Shown here: one piece after another, positions 47,162-57,033 of the stretch
How the letters are laid out: each line of letters opens with the position of its first letter
Numbering within the stretch: the first letter of the stretch is position 1
Origin: Alphaproteobacteria bacterium
GTDB taxonomy: Bacteria; Pseudomonadota; Alphaproteobacteria; CAAHEQ01; UBA3637
Length of the DNA stretch: 64,000 nucleotides
Assembly: GCA_045605805.1 (NCBI GenBank)
Contig: JAZUQR010000027.1
Location: 64,001 to 128,000 of the forward strand
Reading direction: 5' to 3'
The notes under the pieces: model-generated
What the model was told of the DNA's origin: nothing
What the model saw: only the letters and a program-made list of their open reading frames with translations
The model's database searches: none
Program-made: the position numbers and the translations under genes

Positions 47162-47638
47162 TTATTCTTTGGTAATAAATTCAGGTGGCACAATACCATC
47201 TTTCAGCACAATCATATAATGTGGAATTTTGGTAAAAAAATAACCATTTCCAACTTTTTCCCATGGCAACCTTTCGTCCCACAAAATTTGTTGAGGGGTG
47301 ATTTTTTCTAACTTTTTTCGCCCTGCACAACGGTAAATAGCCTTCACTAAACCCGCTTTTTGCAACGCTTCAAAATCAACGCTATACAAGCACCGATCTT
47401 TTTTAAAATCGCCATAAAAACAACACGCTTTTGTCATTGGACTTGTCAGAACAGAAATGGCCCGACTGCGTCCAGGAAATCTCGTTTCTAAATATGCCAA
47501 CACACCCTTTTTCGTTTTACTTTTTGCCCGACCAAAATAATGTGCCAGAGCTTCTCTAGGCGCCTTAATTGGTGCCCAAAGGCCCGTATTTAAAACATCT
47601 GCTTCCTTTGGCGCATAGTTATAAAGTTTACCCATCAC
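47162..47638 (-). CDS. Hypothetical protein
   Basis: 158-aa basic ORF overlapping the lepA stop; no recognisable motif. Confidence 0.6.
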   Translation of the reverse strand: MMGKLYNYAPKEADVLNTGLWAPIKAPREALAHYFGRAKSKTKKGVLAYLETRFPGRSRAISVLTSPMTKACCFYGDFKKDRCLYSVDFEALQKAGLVKAIYRCAGRKKLEKITPQQILWDERLPWEKVGNGYFFTKIPHYMIVLKDGIVPPEFITKE

Positions 47639-49422
47639 TCTTCCCCGATTTTTAGGGCTTCAATAAAGGCATTTTGAGGGATTTCCACTTCACCGAATTG
47701 GCGCATACGCTTTTTACCCTCTTTTTGTTTTTCAAGCAGTTTGCGCTTACGAGTAATATCGCCACCATAACATTTGGCTGTCACATCTTTGCGATAGGCC
47801 GAAATATCCTCACGAGCAATAATCTTTCCGCCAATACTGGCCTGAATCGGAATCTTAAATTGATGGCGAGGAATCAAATCTTTCAATCTGGCACAAATTT
47901 GGCGTCCCCGTCTTTCGGCCTGCGAACGATGCACAAGGAAAGCCAAGGCATCTACTTGTTCTCCATGAACAAGGATATTCACCCGCACCAAATCACTGGC
48001 ATGATATTCATCAATATCATAATCAAAGCTGGCATACCCACGAGAGATAGATTTTAAGCGATCATAAAAATCAAAAACAATTTCATTCAAAGGCAAACGA
48101 TAAACCGCCATTGCCCGATTCCCTACATAGGTTAAATCTAACTGTTCCCCTCGTCTTTCCGTACACAATTGCAAAATACTGCCCAAATACTCATCGGGGG
48201 TTAAAATAGTGGCTTTCACCCAAGGCTCTTCAATTTTACGAATCGTTGTCACATCGGGCATATCAGCAGGATTGTGCATCACAAGCTCATCCCCATTTGT
48301 TTTATACACCTTATAGGCCACAGACGGAGCCGTTGTAATCAGATTCAAATCAAACTCACGGAATAAACGCTCTTGAATAATTTCCATATGCAAAAGCCCT
48401 AAAAAGCCACAACGAAATCCTTGTCCCAAAGCCATAGACTTATCCGGAGTAAATTGGAAACTGGCATCATTCAACTGTAATTTTTCAATAGCTTCTTTCA
48501 AAGCCTCATAATCACTCATATCCACAGGAAACAACGAACAAAACACAACACTTTGGCTGGGCTTAAAGCCAGGCAAAACCTCGGCACAAGGTTTTTTCTC
48601 ATGCGTAATGGTATCCCCCACTTTTGTTTCACCAATAGACTTGATACCACAAATCACAAACCCAAGTTCCCCCGCAGATAAAGAATCACTATCTTGCATT
48701 TTTGGGGTAAAATAACCCAATCGTTCCACTGTGTAATTGGCCCCCGTGGACATAAATTGAATCATCTCATTTTTCTTCAAAACACCGTCCACAATACGCA
48801 CCATCACAACAATACCCAAATAAGGATCATACCAAGAATCCACTAACATGGCTTTCAAAGGATGATTGATATCCCCTTGCGGGGCCGGCAAGCGATTGAC
48901 AATCACATCCAAAACATCTTCAATGCCAATACCAGTTTTGGCCGAAATAAGCGGTGCATCGTGTGTATCCAAGCCAATCACATCTTCAATTTGCTGTTTC
49001 ACCCGATCCGCATCAGCCGCAGGCAAATCAATTTTGTTGATAACAGGCACAATTTCATGATTCGCATCCAAGGCTTTATACACATTGGCCAAGGTTTGGG
49101 CTTCCACCCCTTGGGTAGCATCCACCACAAGCAACGACCCTTCACAAGCACTTAAACTTCGGCTGACTTCATAACCAAAGTCCACATGCCCTGGGGTATC
49201 AATCAAGTTCAAAATGTAATCCCCATACTTTAAACGAACCGTTTGGGCTTTAATGGTAATGCCCCTCTCTCGTTCAATATCCATATTGTCCAAAATCTGT
49301 GCCTTCATTTCACGATCAGACACAGCCCCACATTTTTGAATCAACCTGTCCGCCAAAGTTGATTTACCATGATCAATGTGAGCCACAATAGAAAAATTAC
49401 GAATATGAGATAAATCAGTCAT
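47635..49422 (-). CDS. lepA: Elongation factor 4 (LepA)
   Basis: [56 protein letters not shown]; start at ATG 49422, 7 nt after a TTGATT-N17-TATAAT promoter. Confidence 0.97.
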   Translation of the reverse strand: MTDLSHIRNFSIVAHIDHGKSTLADRLIQKCGAVSDREMKAQILDNMDIERERGITIKAQTVRLKYGDYILNLIDTPGHVDFGYEVSRSLSACEGSLLVVDATQGVEAQTLANVYKALDANHEIVPVINKIDLPAADADRVKQQIEDVIGLDTHDAPLISAKTGIGIEDVLDVIVNRLPAPQGDINHPLKAMLVDSWYDPYLGIVVMVRIVDGVLKKNEMIQFMSTGANYTVERLGYFTPKMQDSDSLSAGELGFVICGIKSIGETKVGDTITHEKKPCAEVLPGFKPSQSVVFCSLFPVDMSDYEALKEAIEKLQLNDASFQFTPDKSMALGQGFRCGFLGLLHMEIIQERLFREFDLNLITTAPSVAYKVYKTNGDELVMHNPADMPDVTTIRKIEEPWVKATILTPDEYLGSILQLCTERRGEQLDLTYVGNRAMAVYRLPLNEIVFDFYDRLKSISRGYASFDYDIDEYHASDLVRVNILVHGEQVDALAFLVHRSQAERRGRQICARLKDLIPRHQFKIPIQASIGGKIIAREDISAYRKDVTAKCYGGDITRKRKLLEKQKEGKKRMRQFGEVEIPQNAFIEALKIGEE

Positions 49423-49470
49423 AGGACAAATTATACATAATTTTTGAAAAAAAATCAAGCACTCAAAGAG

Positions 49471-50064
49471 CTAAACATCCCGTCTGGACTTAAAAGCCAT
49501 CTGAATAGTCCCATCATCAAGATAATCCAACTCACCGCCCAAAGGCACACCACGGGACAAAGTGGTCATTTTCACAGGATAGTTGGCCATTCTATCCACC
49601 AAATAATGCACGGTTGTCTGTCCATCCACAGTGGCTGGCAAAGCCAAAATCACTTCATTCACACAACCAGATTGAATCCGTGCCATCAAACTGTCAATCT
49701 TCAATTCATCTGGTCCTACACCATCCAAAGCCGACAACACGCCCCCTAATACATGGTAATGACCTTTGAACAGGCCAACCCGTTCAATGGCCCATAAATC
49801 GGCCACATCTTCAACAACACAAATCTGGGAAGCATCTCGCTTAGCATCGGAACAAATACCACACGGCACTTGCGTATCCATATTGCCACACACAGGACAA
49901 ACACGCACTTTATCGGCCACTTCTTGCATCGCCTGAATCAAAGGCAAAAGCTGGCCTTCACGCTTGTTGAGTAAAGATAAAACCCCCCTTCTCGCCGACC
50001 GAGGCCCCAGCCCAGGCAAGCGAGAAAACAATTGAATAAGATGTTCAATTTCGGGGGCAGACAT
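49471..50064 (-). CDS. recR: Recombination mediator RecR
   Basis: LPGLGPRSARR, C4 zinc finger, YHVLGG, GGELDYLDDGT. Confidence 0.96.
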   Translation of the reverse strand: MSAPEIEHLIQLFSRLPGLGPRSARRGVLSLLNKREGQLLPLIQAMQEVADKVRVCPVCGNMDTQVPCGICSDAKRDASQICVVEDVADLWAIERVGLFKGHYHVLGGVLSALDGVGPDELKIDSLMARIQSGCVNEVILALPATVDGQTTVHYLVDRMANYPVKMTTLSRGVPLGGELDYLDDGTIQMAFKSRRDV

Positions 50065-50066
50065 AA

Positions 50067-50396
50067 TTAAAACGGCAACTTAAATCCGGGTGGCAATCCC
50101 AAAGAGGCTTGCATTTTTTCCATTTCTTCGGCCATATAGGCATCAATGTTGTCATGGGCATTTCCCAAGGCCACAACCAACAAATCTTCCAATGTTTCCA
50201 CATCAGCAGGATCCACAACAGCCTTGTCTAACTTCACAGACACAGGACGTCCTTTGCCAGTCATCACCACAGTCACAGCACCATTTCCGGCTTCACCTGT
50301 GAATTCTTGTTGTTCCATTTTGGATTGTAAGATGGTCATTTGAGATTGCACTTTTTGTGCTTTTGCCATCAATTCACCGATATTTTTCATAAGCAT
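50067..50396 (-). CDS. ybaB: YbaB/EbfC nucleoid-associated protein
   Basis: AGNGAVTV, LEDLLVVA, LPPGFKLPF; upstream of recR. Confidence 0.93.
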   Translation of the reverse strand: MLMKNIGELMAKAQKVQSQMTILQSKMEQQEFTGEAGNGAVTVVMTGKGRPVSVKLDKAVVDPADVETLEDLLVVALGNAHDNIDAYMAEEMEKMQASLGLPPGFKLPF

Positions 50397-50526
50397 ATCC
50401 TTTCATTTACAGCTTTATTGTAAGGATTTTTCAAAAATAGGCAAGAAAATTGTTAAAAAAAAGTTTTTCACTAGACGAACCAAATAAAATCTGTTATGAT
50501 TATCAATAAATAAAGGAGAATTGTTT

Positions 50527-50718
50527 ATGGAACAAATTAAACAAGCCATTAAAAATCTGGAACAATCTGTTTTGCGCTTAGAAACAGCGATTCATACGGC
50601 CAAAAAAAACAATACCCGCACAACAGAAGAAATCACAACATTAAAAAAAGTCATTCGCCAAACACACGACCGAATCGATAAGGCGATAAACCGTTTTCAA
50701 GCAAATAAGGAGGAATAA
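50527..50718 (+). CDS. Small coiled-coil protein upstream of zapA (ZauP/ZapB-like)
   Basis: Heptad-rich 63-aa ORF with SD AAGGAG, directly before zapA. Confidence 0.65.
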   Translation: MEQIKQAIKNLEQSVLRLETAIHTAKKNNTRTTEEITTLKKVIRQTHDRIDKAINRFQANKEE

Positions 50719-50721
50719 CAA

Positions 50722-51030
50722 ATGCCAGTTGTCTCATTAAAAATCGGCGGTCGCTTTTATAAGTTTTCCTGCAATGACGGACAAGATGGTCATATGCGTG
50801 AATTGGCCGAACAACTAGATAAGCGGGCCGAATCTTTAACAAAATCCATCGGCTTTATGCCCGAAGGGCAACTATTGGCCATGATTTGTCTGTTGCTTGC
50901 CGAAGAAAAACATCATCTGGAACGCACCACCAACGCACAGGTTTTGGAACAAACAACCGATCAAATTGCCCAAAGCATACAAAATCTGGCCTTAAAAGTT
51001 GGTGTCTTGGCTGAAAGTTTGGAACAATGA
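50722..51030 (+). CDS. zapA: Cell division protein ZapA
   Basis: VSLKIGGRFYKFSC.DGQ, LLAMICLLLAEE, coiled-coil tail. Confidence 0.88.
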   Translation: MPVVSLKIGGRFYKFSCNDGQDGHMRELAEQLDKRAESLTKSIGFMPEGQLLAMICLLLAEEKHHLERTTNAQVLEQTTDQIAQSIQNLALKVGVLAESLEQ

Positions 51031-51839
51031 AGATTCTGTTTTGCGGAGATGTTGCTGGCGAAGCAGGACGCAAAGCCATTAAAACCTACATTCCGAAATT
51101 AAAAAAAGAATGGGACATAGATGGCATTATCATCAATGCCGAAAATGCCGCCCATGGCTTGGGTCTCACCCCAAAAACTTATGCAGAACTCAAACGAGCT
51201 GGGGCCGATGTGATGACCATGGGCAATCATACTTTTGATAAGTTAGATATCACCAAAATCTGGCAAGAAGAAAATAGGCTTATCCGCCCGCTGAACTATC
51301 CAAACGATACAGCTGGCAAGGGGTATCATGTCATTCAAATCAATGGCAAACGCTTGTGCGTCACCCAATTATTGGGCCGAGCTTTTATGAACAGCAAACT
51401 GGAAATTGCCGATCCCTTCAAAACGATTCAAACCTTTATAACTGAACACCAAGCCGAATATGACTTTTTGGTCGTGGATTACCATGCTGAAACAACCGCA
51501 GAAAAAGTGGCAATGGGCTATTTTTTGGATGGCAAAGCTGTTTTGGTTGTTGGCACACATACACATATCCCAACGGCAGATGCGCACATTTTAGCCAACG
51601 GAACCGCCTACATCACCGATGTCGGTATGTGTGGCGATTATACATCGGTTTTAGGCATGACAAAAGAAACAGCCTTTTCGCATTTTGGGCTTGGCACCGA
51701 ACGCATGCGCTTTGAACCGGCCGCCAACGCTGTCACATTATCGGCTGTCTTGGTTGAAATTGACGATAAAACCTTAAAAGCCACAGCCATTCGCCAAATA
51801 ATTTTGGGCGATACCCTTGAAAATATATCAAGAATATGA
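51027..51839 (+). CDS. ymdB: YmdB/TIGR00282 metallophosphoesterase
   Basis: ILFCGDVAG, NAEN, MGNH, DYHAETTAEK, GTHTH, TDVGMCG. Confidence 0.93.
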   Translation: MKILFCGDVAGEAGRKAIKTYIPKLKKEWDIDGIIINAENAAHGLGLTPKTYAELKRAGADVMTMGNHTFDKLDITKIWQEENRLIRPLNYPNDTAGKGYHVIQINGKRLCVTQLLGRAFMNSKLEIADPFKTIQTFITEHQAEYDFLVVDYHAETTAEKVAMGYFLDGKAVLVVGTHTHIPTADAHILANGTAYITDVGMCGDYTSVLGMTKETAFSHFGLGTERMRFEPAANAVTLSAVLVEIDDKTLKATAIRQIILGDTLENISRI

Positions 51840-51874
51840 TAAACTAAATCCCATAAAAAAACGAAAGGAAACTT

Positions 51875-52615
51875 ATGTCAGGACATTCACAATTCAAAAA
51901 CATTATGAACCGCAAGGGTGCGCAAGATAAAGCGCGTGCCCGTATTTTTTCAAAATTGGCTCGTGAAATTACGGTGGCCGTTAAAACAGGCGGGGCCGAT
52001 CCAAACGGCAACCCACGCTTGCGCTTGGCCATTCAAAATGCCCGCAGCGAAAATATGCCCAAGGATAACATTGAACGGGCCATCGCAAAAGGAAGCCAAT
52101 CGGCCGATACAAGCAACTATGAAGAAGTCCGCTATGAAGGCTACGGCCCTGGTCATGTGGCTGTAATTGTGGAAGCCCTCACAGATAATCGTGCCAGAAC
52201 AGCCCCCAATTTGCGTTCTCTTTTTACTAAAAGGGGTGGCTCATTCGGGGATAGTGTTTTGTTTAACTTTGAAAAAATCGGCTATCTTGAATTTTCGTTG
52301 GATGTGGCCACACCGGATGCCATGTTTGAAGAAGCCTTAAACGCAGGCGCAGACGATGTTCAAACCACAGAAACAGCCCACGAAATTATCTGTAAGCCGG
52401 AAGATTTGGGTGCTGTTCGGGAGGCATTGGAACAAAAACTGGGTACACCAAATGTGGCCCGAATTGATTGGAAACCAACCGTTGAAACCCCCATCGCTGA
52501 TTTAGAAACCGCACAAAAATTGATGAACTTCATTGAAGATTTGAACGAAGACGATGATGTGCAACGGGTGATTACGAATGCCGATATCGCCGAGGATATT
52601 TTGGCTCAGTTGTAA
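51875..52615 (+). CDS. yebC: YebC/PmpR family protein
   Basis: MSGHSQFKNI, NPRLR, YEGYGP, TDN..RT, DDDVQ. Confidence 0.95.
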   Translation: MSGHSQFKNIMNRKGAQDKARARIFSKLAREITVAVKTGGADPNGNPRLRLAIQNARSENMPKDNIERAIAKGSQSADTSNYEEVRYEGYGPGHVAVIVEALTDNRARTAPNLRSLFTKRGGSFGDSVLFNFEKIGYLEFSLDVATPDAMFEEALNAGADDVQTTETAHEIICKPEDLGAVREALEQKLGTPNVARIDWKPTVETPIADLETAQKLMNFIEDLNEDDDVQRVITNADIAEDILAQL

Positions 52616-52627
52616 AGGATAAACGCT

Positions 52628-53122
52628 ATGCGTATTTTGGGTCTGGATCCGGGATTACGACACACAGGCTGGGGTCTTGTTGAAAAACAAGGCTCCCGTT
52701 TTATTTTTATCGCTGCCGGCGTCATCAATCCCAGCGATAAATTAGCCTTATCCAAACGACTCGGGATTTTACACGATTCGCTGAAACAAATTATAGAAGA
52801 ATACACCCCCGATACAGCAGCCGTAGAAGAAACATTCGTCAATAAAAACCCCTCTTCCACCTTAAAATTAGGGCAAGCCCGAGGCGTTGTCTTGATGACA
52901 CCCGCCCTTTATAACATAGAAGTGGGCGAATATACCCCCAATCAAATCAAAAAAACAATCACAGGGGTAGGCCATGCCGAAAAGAATCAGGTGGATATGA
53001 TGGTTCGCACACTGTTAAAGACCGTTCCGCAAGGGATTCCCCCCGATGCATCGGATGCTTTGGCCATAGCCTTAACACACGGATTTTTGTACACAACAAA
53101 CCACAATATGTTGAATCGGTAA
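52628..53122 (+). CDS. ruvC: Holliday junction resolvase RuvC
   Basis: ILGLDPG..TGWG, EETFVNKN, KLGQARG, DASDALAIA. Confidence 0.96.
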   Translation: MRILGLDPGLRHTGWGLVEKQGSRFIFIAAGVINPSDKLALSKRLGILHDSLKQIIEEYTPDTAAVEETFVNKNPSSTLKLGQARGVVLMTPALYNIEVGEYTPNQIKKTITGVGHAEKNQVDMMVRTLLKTVPQGIPPDASDALAIALTHGFLYTTNHNMLNR

Positions 53123-53240
53123 AAACAACATCTAGTGTCAAGGAAAATATTTAACAAATTATTAAATTTTCTTGTTGTTTTTTTTTCAAATAACCGTATG
53201 CTGAACTTAGGAAAATCACCATTTAATAAGAGGGCAAAAA

Positions 53241-54686
53241 ATGGAAAACATCAATACAATTCAGGTTCAATGGGCCGAAATATGCGCACAATTGTCCCAA
53301 ACGCTCAGCGACCGATTCGTGATGCGTTGGCTCAGCAAGGTTGTACCGGATAAAATTGAAAACAATCAGGTACACCTCATGGTATCCAGCCCCTGCATTC
53401 GTGAATTAATTGAACAAAACTATCTGTCCCATATTGCCTCGTTATGGAAAACAAAAAATACAAATATCCACACGGTCAGCCTGAAATTGAATCCAGACTT
53501 AAAGGAAAAAGCCCAAATGTCTGTTCAAATCAAAAAAGAAACACCGCAAACCGTGTCCCCCATTCAACAACCAACCGAATCAATAGCGGTTATCAAACCT
53601 CAAAATTTCACACCTAGCTATACGGCCATAACCCCCTCAGCTGTGACAGAGGAGATTCCTTGTTATTTGGATAAATCACACACCTTTGGAAACTTTGTTG
53701 TCGGCAAATCAAACCAATTTGCCTATGCAGCCGCCAAAAAGATTGCCGAAGAAGACCATCCGGCCTTTAATCCGCTGTACTTCCACGCAGGTGTTGGCTT
53801 GGGTAAAACCCACTTATTGCACGCCATTGCTTGGCGCATTAAAGAACGTCATCCGCAAAAGAGTGTATTATATTTATCATCTGAACAATTCTTTCAACGT
53901 TTTTTGCACGATTTGAACACGAAAAATATGGATGGCTTTCGGGCGTTGGTTCGGTCCGTAGATGTTTTACTGATTGACGATATCCAATTTATTTTGGGCA
54001 AACAACGCACACAAGAAGAGTTTTTTCACACATTCAATGCTTTAATTGCTGAACAAAAAACAATCATTTTGTCGGCCGACTCTATGCCCAGTGCCTTACA
54101 AGGGATTGATGAAAAATTACGCACGCGTATTTCACAAGGATTGGTGGTGGATATTGCCCCGGCAGATGAAAACCTGCGACTCGGCATTTTGCAAGGCAAA
54201 AGCAAAGAAATGGGATCGGATATTCCGGATGATGTACTGGCATTTTTGGCCAAAAGCATCACCACAAATGTTCGTGAATTGGAGGGGGCATTAAAACGAG
54301 TCATTGCCCATGCCGAATTGATTGGCAACCCCATCAACATGGATACAACTCAAGAAGTGTTAAAAGATATCTTACACACCTATGAACGGCCGGTCAAAGC
54401 CCCCGAAATTCAAAACTTTGTGGCACAATACTATCAAATCTCACTGGAAGATTTACAATCCACAAGAAGGGACCGTTCTTTTGCCCGTCCACGCCAAATT
54501 GCGATGTACCTGACAAAAGTTTTAACGCCCCTATCTTTACCGGATATTGCCTTGTGTTTCAAACGAGATCATACCACAATTATCCATGCCGTTCGCACCA
54601 TTGAAGGATTGATTCAACAAGACAAGAAGTTGGCCCAACAAGTCAATGAAATCACCACAAAACTGAAAGCGGGAACAAATGTCTAA
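53241..54686 (+). CDS. dnaA: Chromosomal replication initiator DnaA
   Basis: FVVGKSN, NPLY, GVGLGKTHL, LLIDDIQF, QEEFFHTFN, NVRELEGAL, RQIAMYL, RDHTT. Confidence 0.95.
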   Translation: MENINTIQVQWAEICAQLSQTLSDRFVMRWLSKVVPDKIENNQVHLMVSSPCIRELIEQNYLSHIASLWKTKNTNIHTVSLKLNPDLKEKAQMSVQIKKETPQTVSPIQQPTESIAVIKPQNFTPSYTAITPSAVTEEIPCYLDKSHTFGNFVVGKSNQFAYAAAKKIAEEDHPAFNPLYFHAGVGLGKTHLLHAIAWRIKERHPQKSVLYLSSEQFFQRFLHDLNTKNMDGFRALVRSVDVLLIDDIQFILGKQRTQEEFFHTFNALIAEQKTIILSADSMPSALQGIDEKLRTRISQGLVVDIAPADENLRLGILQGKSKEMGSDIPDDVLAFLAKSITTNVRELEGALKRVIAHAELIGNPINMDTTQEVLKDILHTYERPVKAPEIQNFVAQYYQISLEDLQSTRRDRSFARPRQIAMYLTKVLTPLSLPDIALCFKRDHTTIIHAVRTIEGLIQQDKKLAQQVNEITTKLKAGTNV

Positions 54687-55128
54687 TCTAACACCATTTA
54701 GCAATCCGTTTTTGGTTGGCTTTAACGAATTGGAACAAATGTTGCTCCGAGTCGCCAAAGGGGCCGATTCGTTTCCGCCGTATAATGTGGAACAAATCAA
54801 CAACACCACATTTGAAATTACAATGGCCGTGGCAGGTTATTCTGAATCAGATTTAGAATTGGTTCAAGAAGAGAACCAATTGATTATTCGGGGTCATCAA
54901 GAACACAACCCGAATCGGCACTATTTACATCAAGGCATTGCTGCGCGCAGCTTTATAAAATCTTTTGTGCTGGCTGATGGAATGACCATTCAAGGGGCAG
55001 TACTAGAAAACGGACTGTTGATGATAACCTTGCAAAAACCGCAAAAAACACCTAATATAAAGAAAATAGAAATTAAAAAAACATCAAAAACTGTTCAACT
55101 GAATAAGAAAGGAGAAGCCGATGAATGA
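54679..55128 (+). CDS. Small heat-shock protein (Hsp20/IbpA family)
   Basis: FPPYNVE, AVAGY, YLHQGIAARSF, LENGLL. Confidence 0.92.
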   Translation: MSNLTPFSNPFLVGFNELEQMLLRVAKGADSFPPYNVEQINNTTFEITMAVAGYSESDLELVQEENQLIIRGHQEHNPNRHYLHQGIAARSFIKSFVLADGMTIQGAVLENGLLMITLQKPQKTPNIKKIEIKKTSKTVQLNKKGEADE

Positions 55129-55336
55129 AAAAATCACCATTACATTAGACAACTCCTTCTGTACCGAACAAGTCGGCCTAGATGAACAAGTATATATCAA
55201 AAAAGAAAAACAAAATAACGAATTGGTATGGGCAATATACAGCCCGGAAGGCGAAAGAATGGCTCAAACATTTTCAAAAGAAATGGCTTTGGCTATCGTC
55301 CGCCAAAACGATTTAACAGCTTCTTATGTTCATTAA
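55121..55336 (+). CDS. DUF1150-like small protein
   Basis: VYIK, WAIYSPEGERMA, C-terminal YVH; usual partner downstream of alphaproteobacterial hsp20. Confidence 0.75.
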   Translation: MNEKITITLDNSFCTEQVGLDEQVYIKKEKQNNELVWAIYSPEGERMAQTFSKEMALAIVRQNDLTASYVH

Positions 55337-55458
55337 AAGAGCCCTATTCATCAATATATAATTTCAACAGTCACTTTAAGCAGAGGATGCCAAAAATCCG
55401 ATAAGGCAAAGAAAATACCTTGCTTCACACACAAAAAAAAATCAGAAAAAAGCCAAAA

Positions 55459-55549
55459 TGGCGGATGGGAGAGGATTCGAACCTCCGTTAGGCTTTAGAC
55501 CTAAACGCACTTTCCAGGCGCGCGCCTTCAACCACTCGGCCACCCATCC
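55459..55549 (-). tRNA. tRNA-Ser(GGA)
   Basis: GGATGGGTGGCCGAGTGGTTGAAGGC...CTGGAAA...long variable arm...GTTCGAATCC...CCGCCA. Confidence 0.95.
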
Positions 55550-55636
55550 ACTTCAATGGAAAGTAAAGCAATTTTACCAAAAACAAAACAAAATGTCAAG
55601 AAAATATATCAATTCTCATTAAAACTTATTTGCTTA

Positions 55637-56980
55637 TCATACTTTTCTTGCCAAGAAATACCTATCTGTATCGGTGTTTTTAATATCTCGCCCACAATAC
55701 CGTGCGCCTTCTTGGCATTTGCCACAAATAAAACAAGGAGGAGCCAACACCTTTAACAAAGTATCTGATTTTGGCAAACAGGCTAATACCTCTCTTAAAG
55801 CCACCGCCACATGATAGATTTCTTCTTGGGCACACCAACAAGAACGCTTGCCTTGCTCATGAATCAAAGCATTCAAATCAGCCATTTTTTGATAGCGCAC
55901 CATCCCCCCATAAGGCGCAACAGCCTGAATCAAACCGGCCGGCACTTGGCCTTGAAAATCCAACCATTCCTGCATATACGCAAGCGCAATATCCGCCATA
56001 CCGGCCTCTTGCAATAAAGGCGGCAAATAAAATGAATTGACAAACCAAGGGGTTGACCGTTTCACCGAACGATGCCGTTGATCTTGCCCATAGGTGGCAC
56101 AAGAAACTTGAACCTCTGTTTTGACAAAATGAACCGAGTTATTCATTGCCTGAGGATTAAAATACAAAGTATCCACACTGTCTTTACCGGCATCAGGATA
56201 AACTGATTCATCCAAATCGGCCTCTAACAAATACACATCCGGCTTCTCCTCCACAACAGCCGTTCCTTCTTTAATCGGCAAATACCAATTTTGTTCCTGA
56301 CGCATCAAAGGATTAAAAAAATCGGCCAATTCGGGATATTCTGCCACAACAGCATCCCGCATCATATCCACAATCAAGCGCATTTCACTGGTCCATGCGC
56401 TGCGCCACAAAGCCGTTAAAGCCGACAAATTCAAGGTCATATCCAATGCCGTTGGCACAAGTTGAGAAATAAACATCCGTAGTTGTTCTTGAGCCAACTT
56501 GGGGGCATTTATTTCTATATATTTATCATTCGCAAAAGGCCGTTCTGTCCGAATAGCCTTTTCGGCAAGCGGTATAATTTTTGGCAACCAGTCTTGATAA
56601 ATCTGAAAACCTTTTTGAATCCAAGGCATTACCTTGTCAATATCCTCGTCACTGTAAAAAGGGGTTAAAAAGGAAGTCATTTTTTCAAAATCAGGTTCTT
56701 CATACATTTTTGAAAAACGGCCCGACCGTTGATCAGAATTATAATAAGGGGCAGTCAAATGAAGCCCAAAGACCACGGCCGACACAGGAATGTCTTTCAA
56801 AGAAAAAGTAAAATGCGTATGTTGTAAAGTGGTATGATGGCCCGAATCAAACAAACGCCCCTTCACATCAATCGGCTTGTCAATCAAAACTGGGTCCAAA
56901 GTATAACACACCCGTGCAGCATGAGACGCCAAATCCAATGGTTTTTTGTCGGACTTTGCCAAAAGTTTAATCTGCATCAT
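55637..56980 (-). CDS. thyX: Flavin-dependent thymidylate synthase ThyX-like, two-domain form
   Basis: AARVCY, GHHTTLQH, QRSGR in the N-half; QDQRHRS and AQEEI in the C-half; 447 aa. Confidence 0.75.
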   Translation of the reverse strand: MMQIKLLAKSDKKPLDLASHAARVCYTLDPVLIDKPIDVKGRLFDSGHHTTLQHTHFTFSLKDIPVSAVVFGLHLTAPYYNSDQRSGRFSKMYEEPDFEKMTSFLTPFYSDEDIDKVMPWIQKGFQIYQDWLPKIIPLAEKAIRTERPFANDKYIEINAPKLAQEQLRMFISQLVPTALDMTLNLSALTALWRSAWTSEMRLIVDMMRDAVVAEYPELADFFNPLMRQEQNWYLPIKEGTAVVEEKPDVYLLEADLDESVYPDAGKDSVDTLYFNPQAMNNSVHFVKTEVQVSCATYGQDQRHRSVKRSTPWFVNSFYLPPLLQEAGMADIALAYMQEWLDFQGQVPAGLIQAVAPYGGMVRYQKMADLNALIHEQGKRSCWCAQEEIYHVAVALREVLACLPKSDTLLKVLAPPCFICGKCQEGARYCGRDIKNTDTDRYFLARKV

Positions 56981-57033
56981 TTTCTCCTTTTGTTTTCTTT
57001 AAGCATACAAAAACACAAAGAAGATAGCAACAC

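Noticed and set aside
53123-53240. oriC next to dnaA
   Set aside because: No TTATCCACA-like box cluster in the flanking intergenic DNA; scattered TGTGGATA matches elsewhere are mostly inside coding regions (Val-Asp codons).
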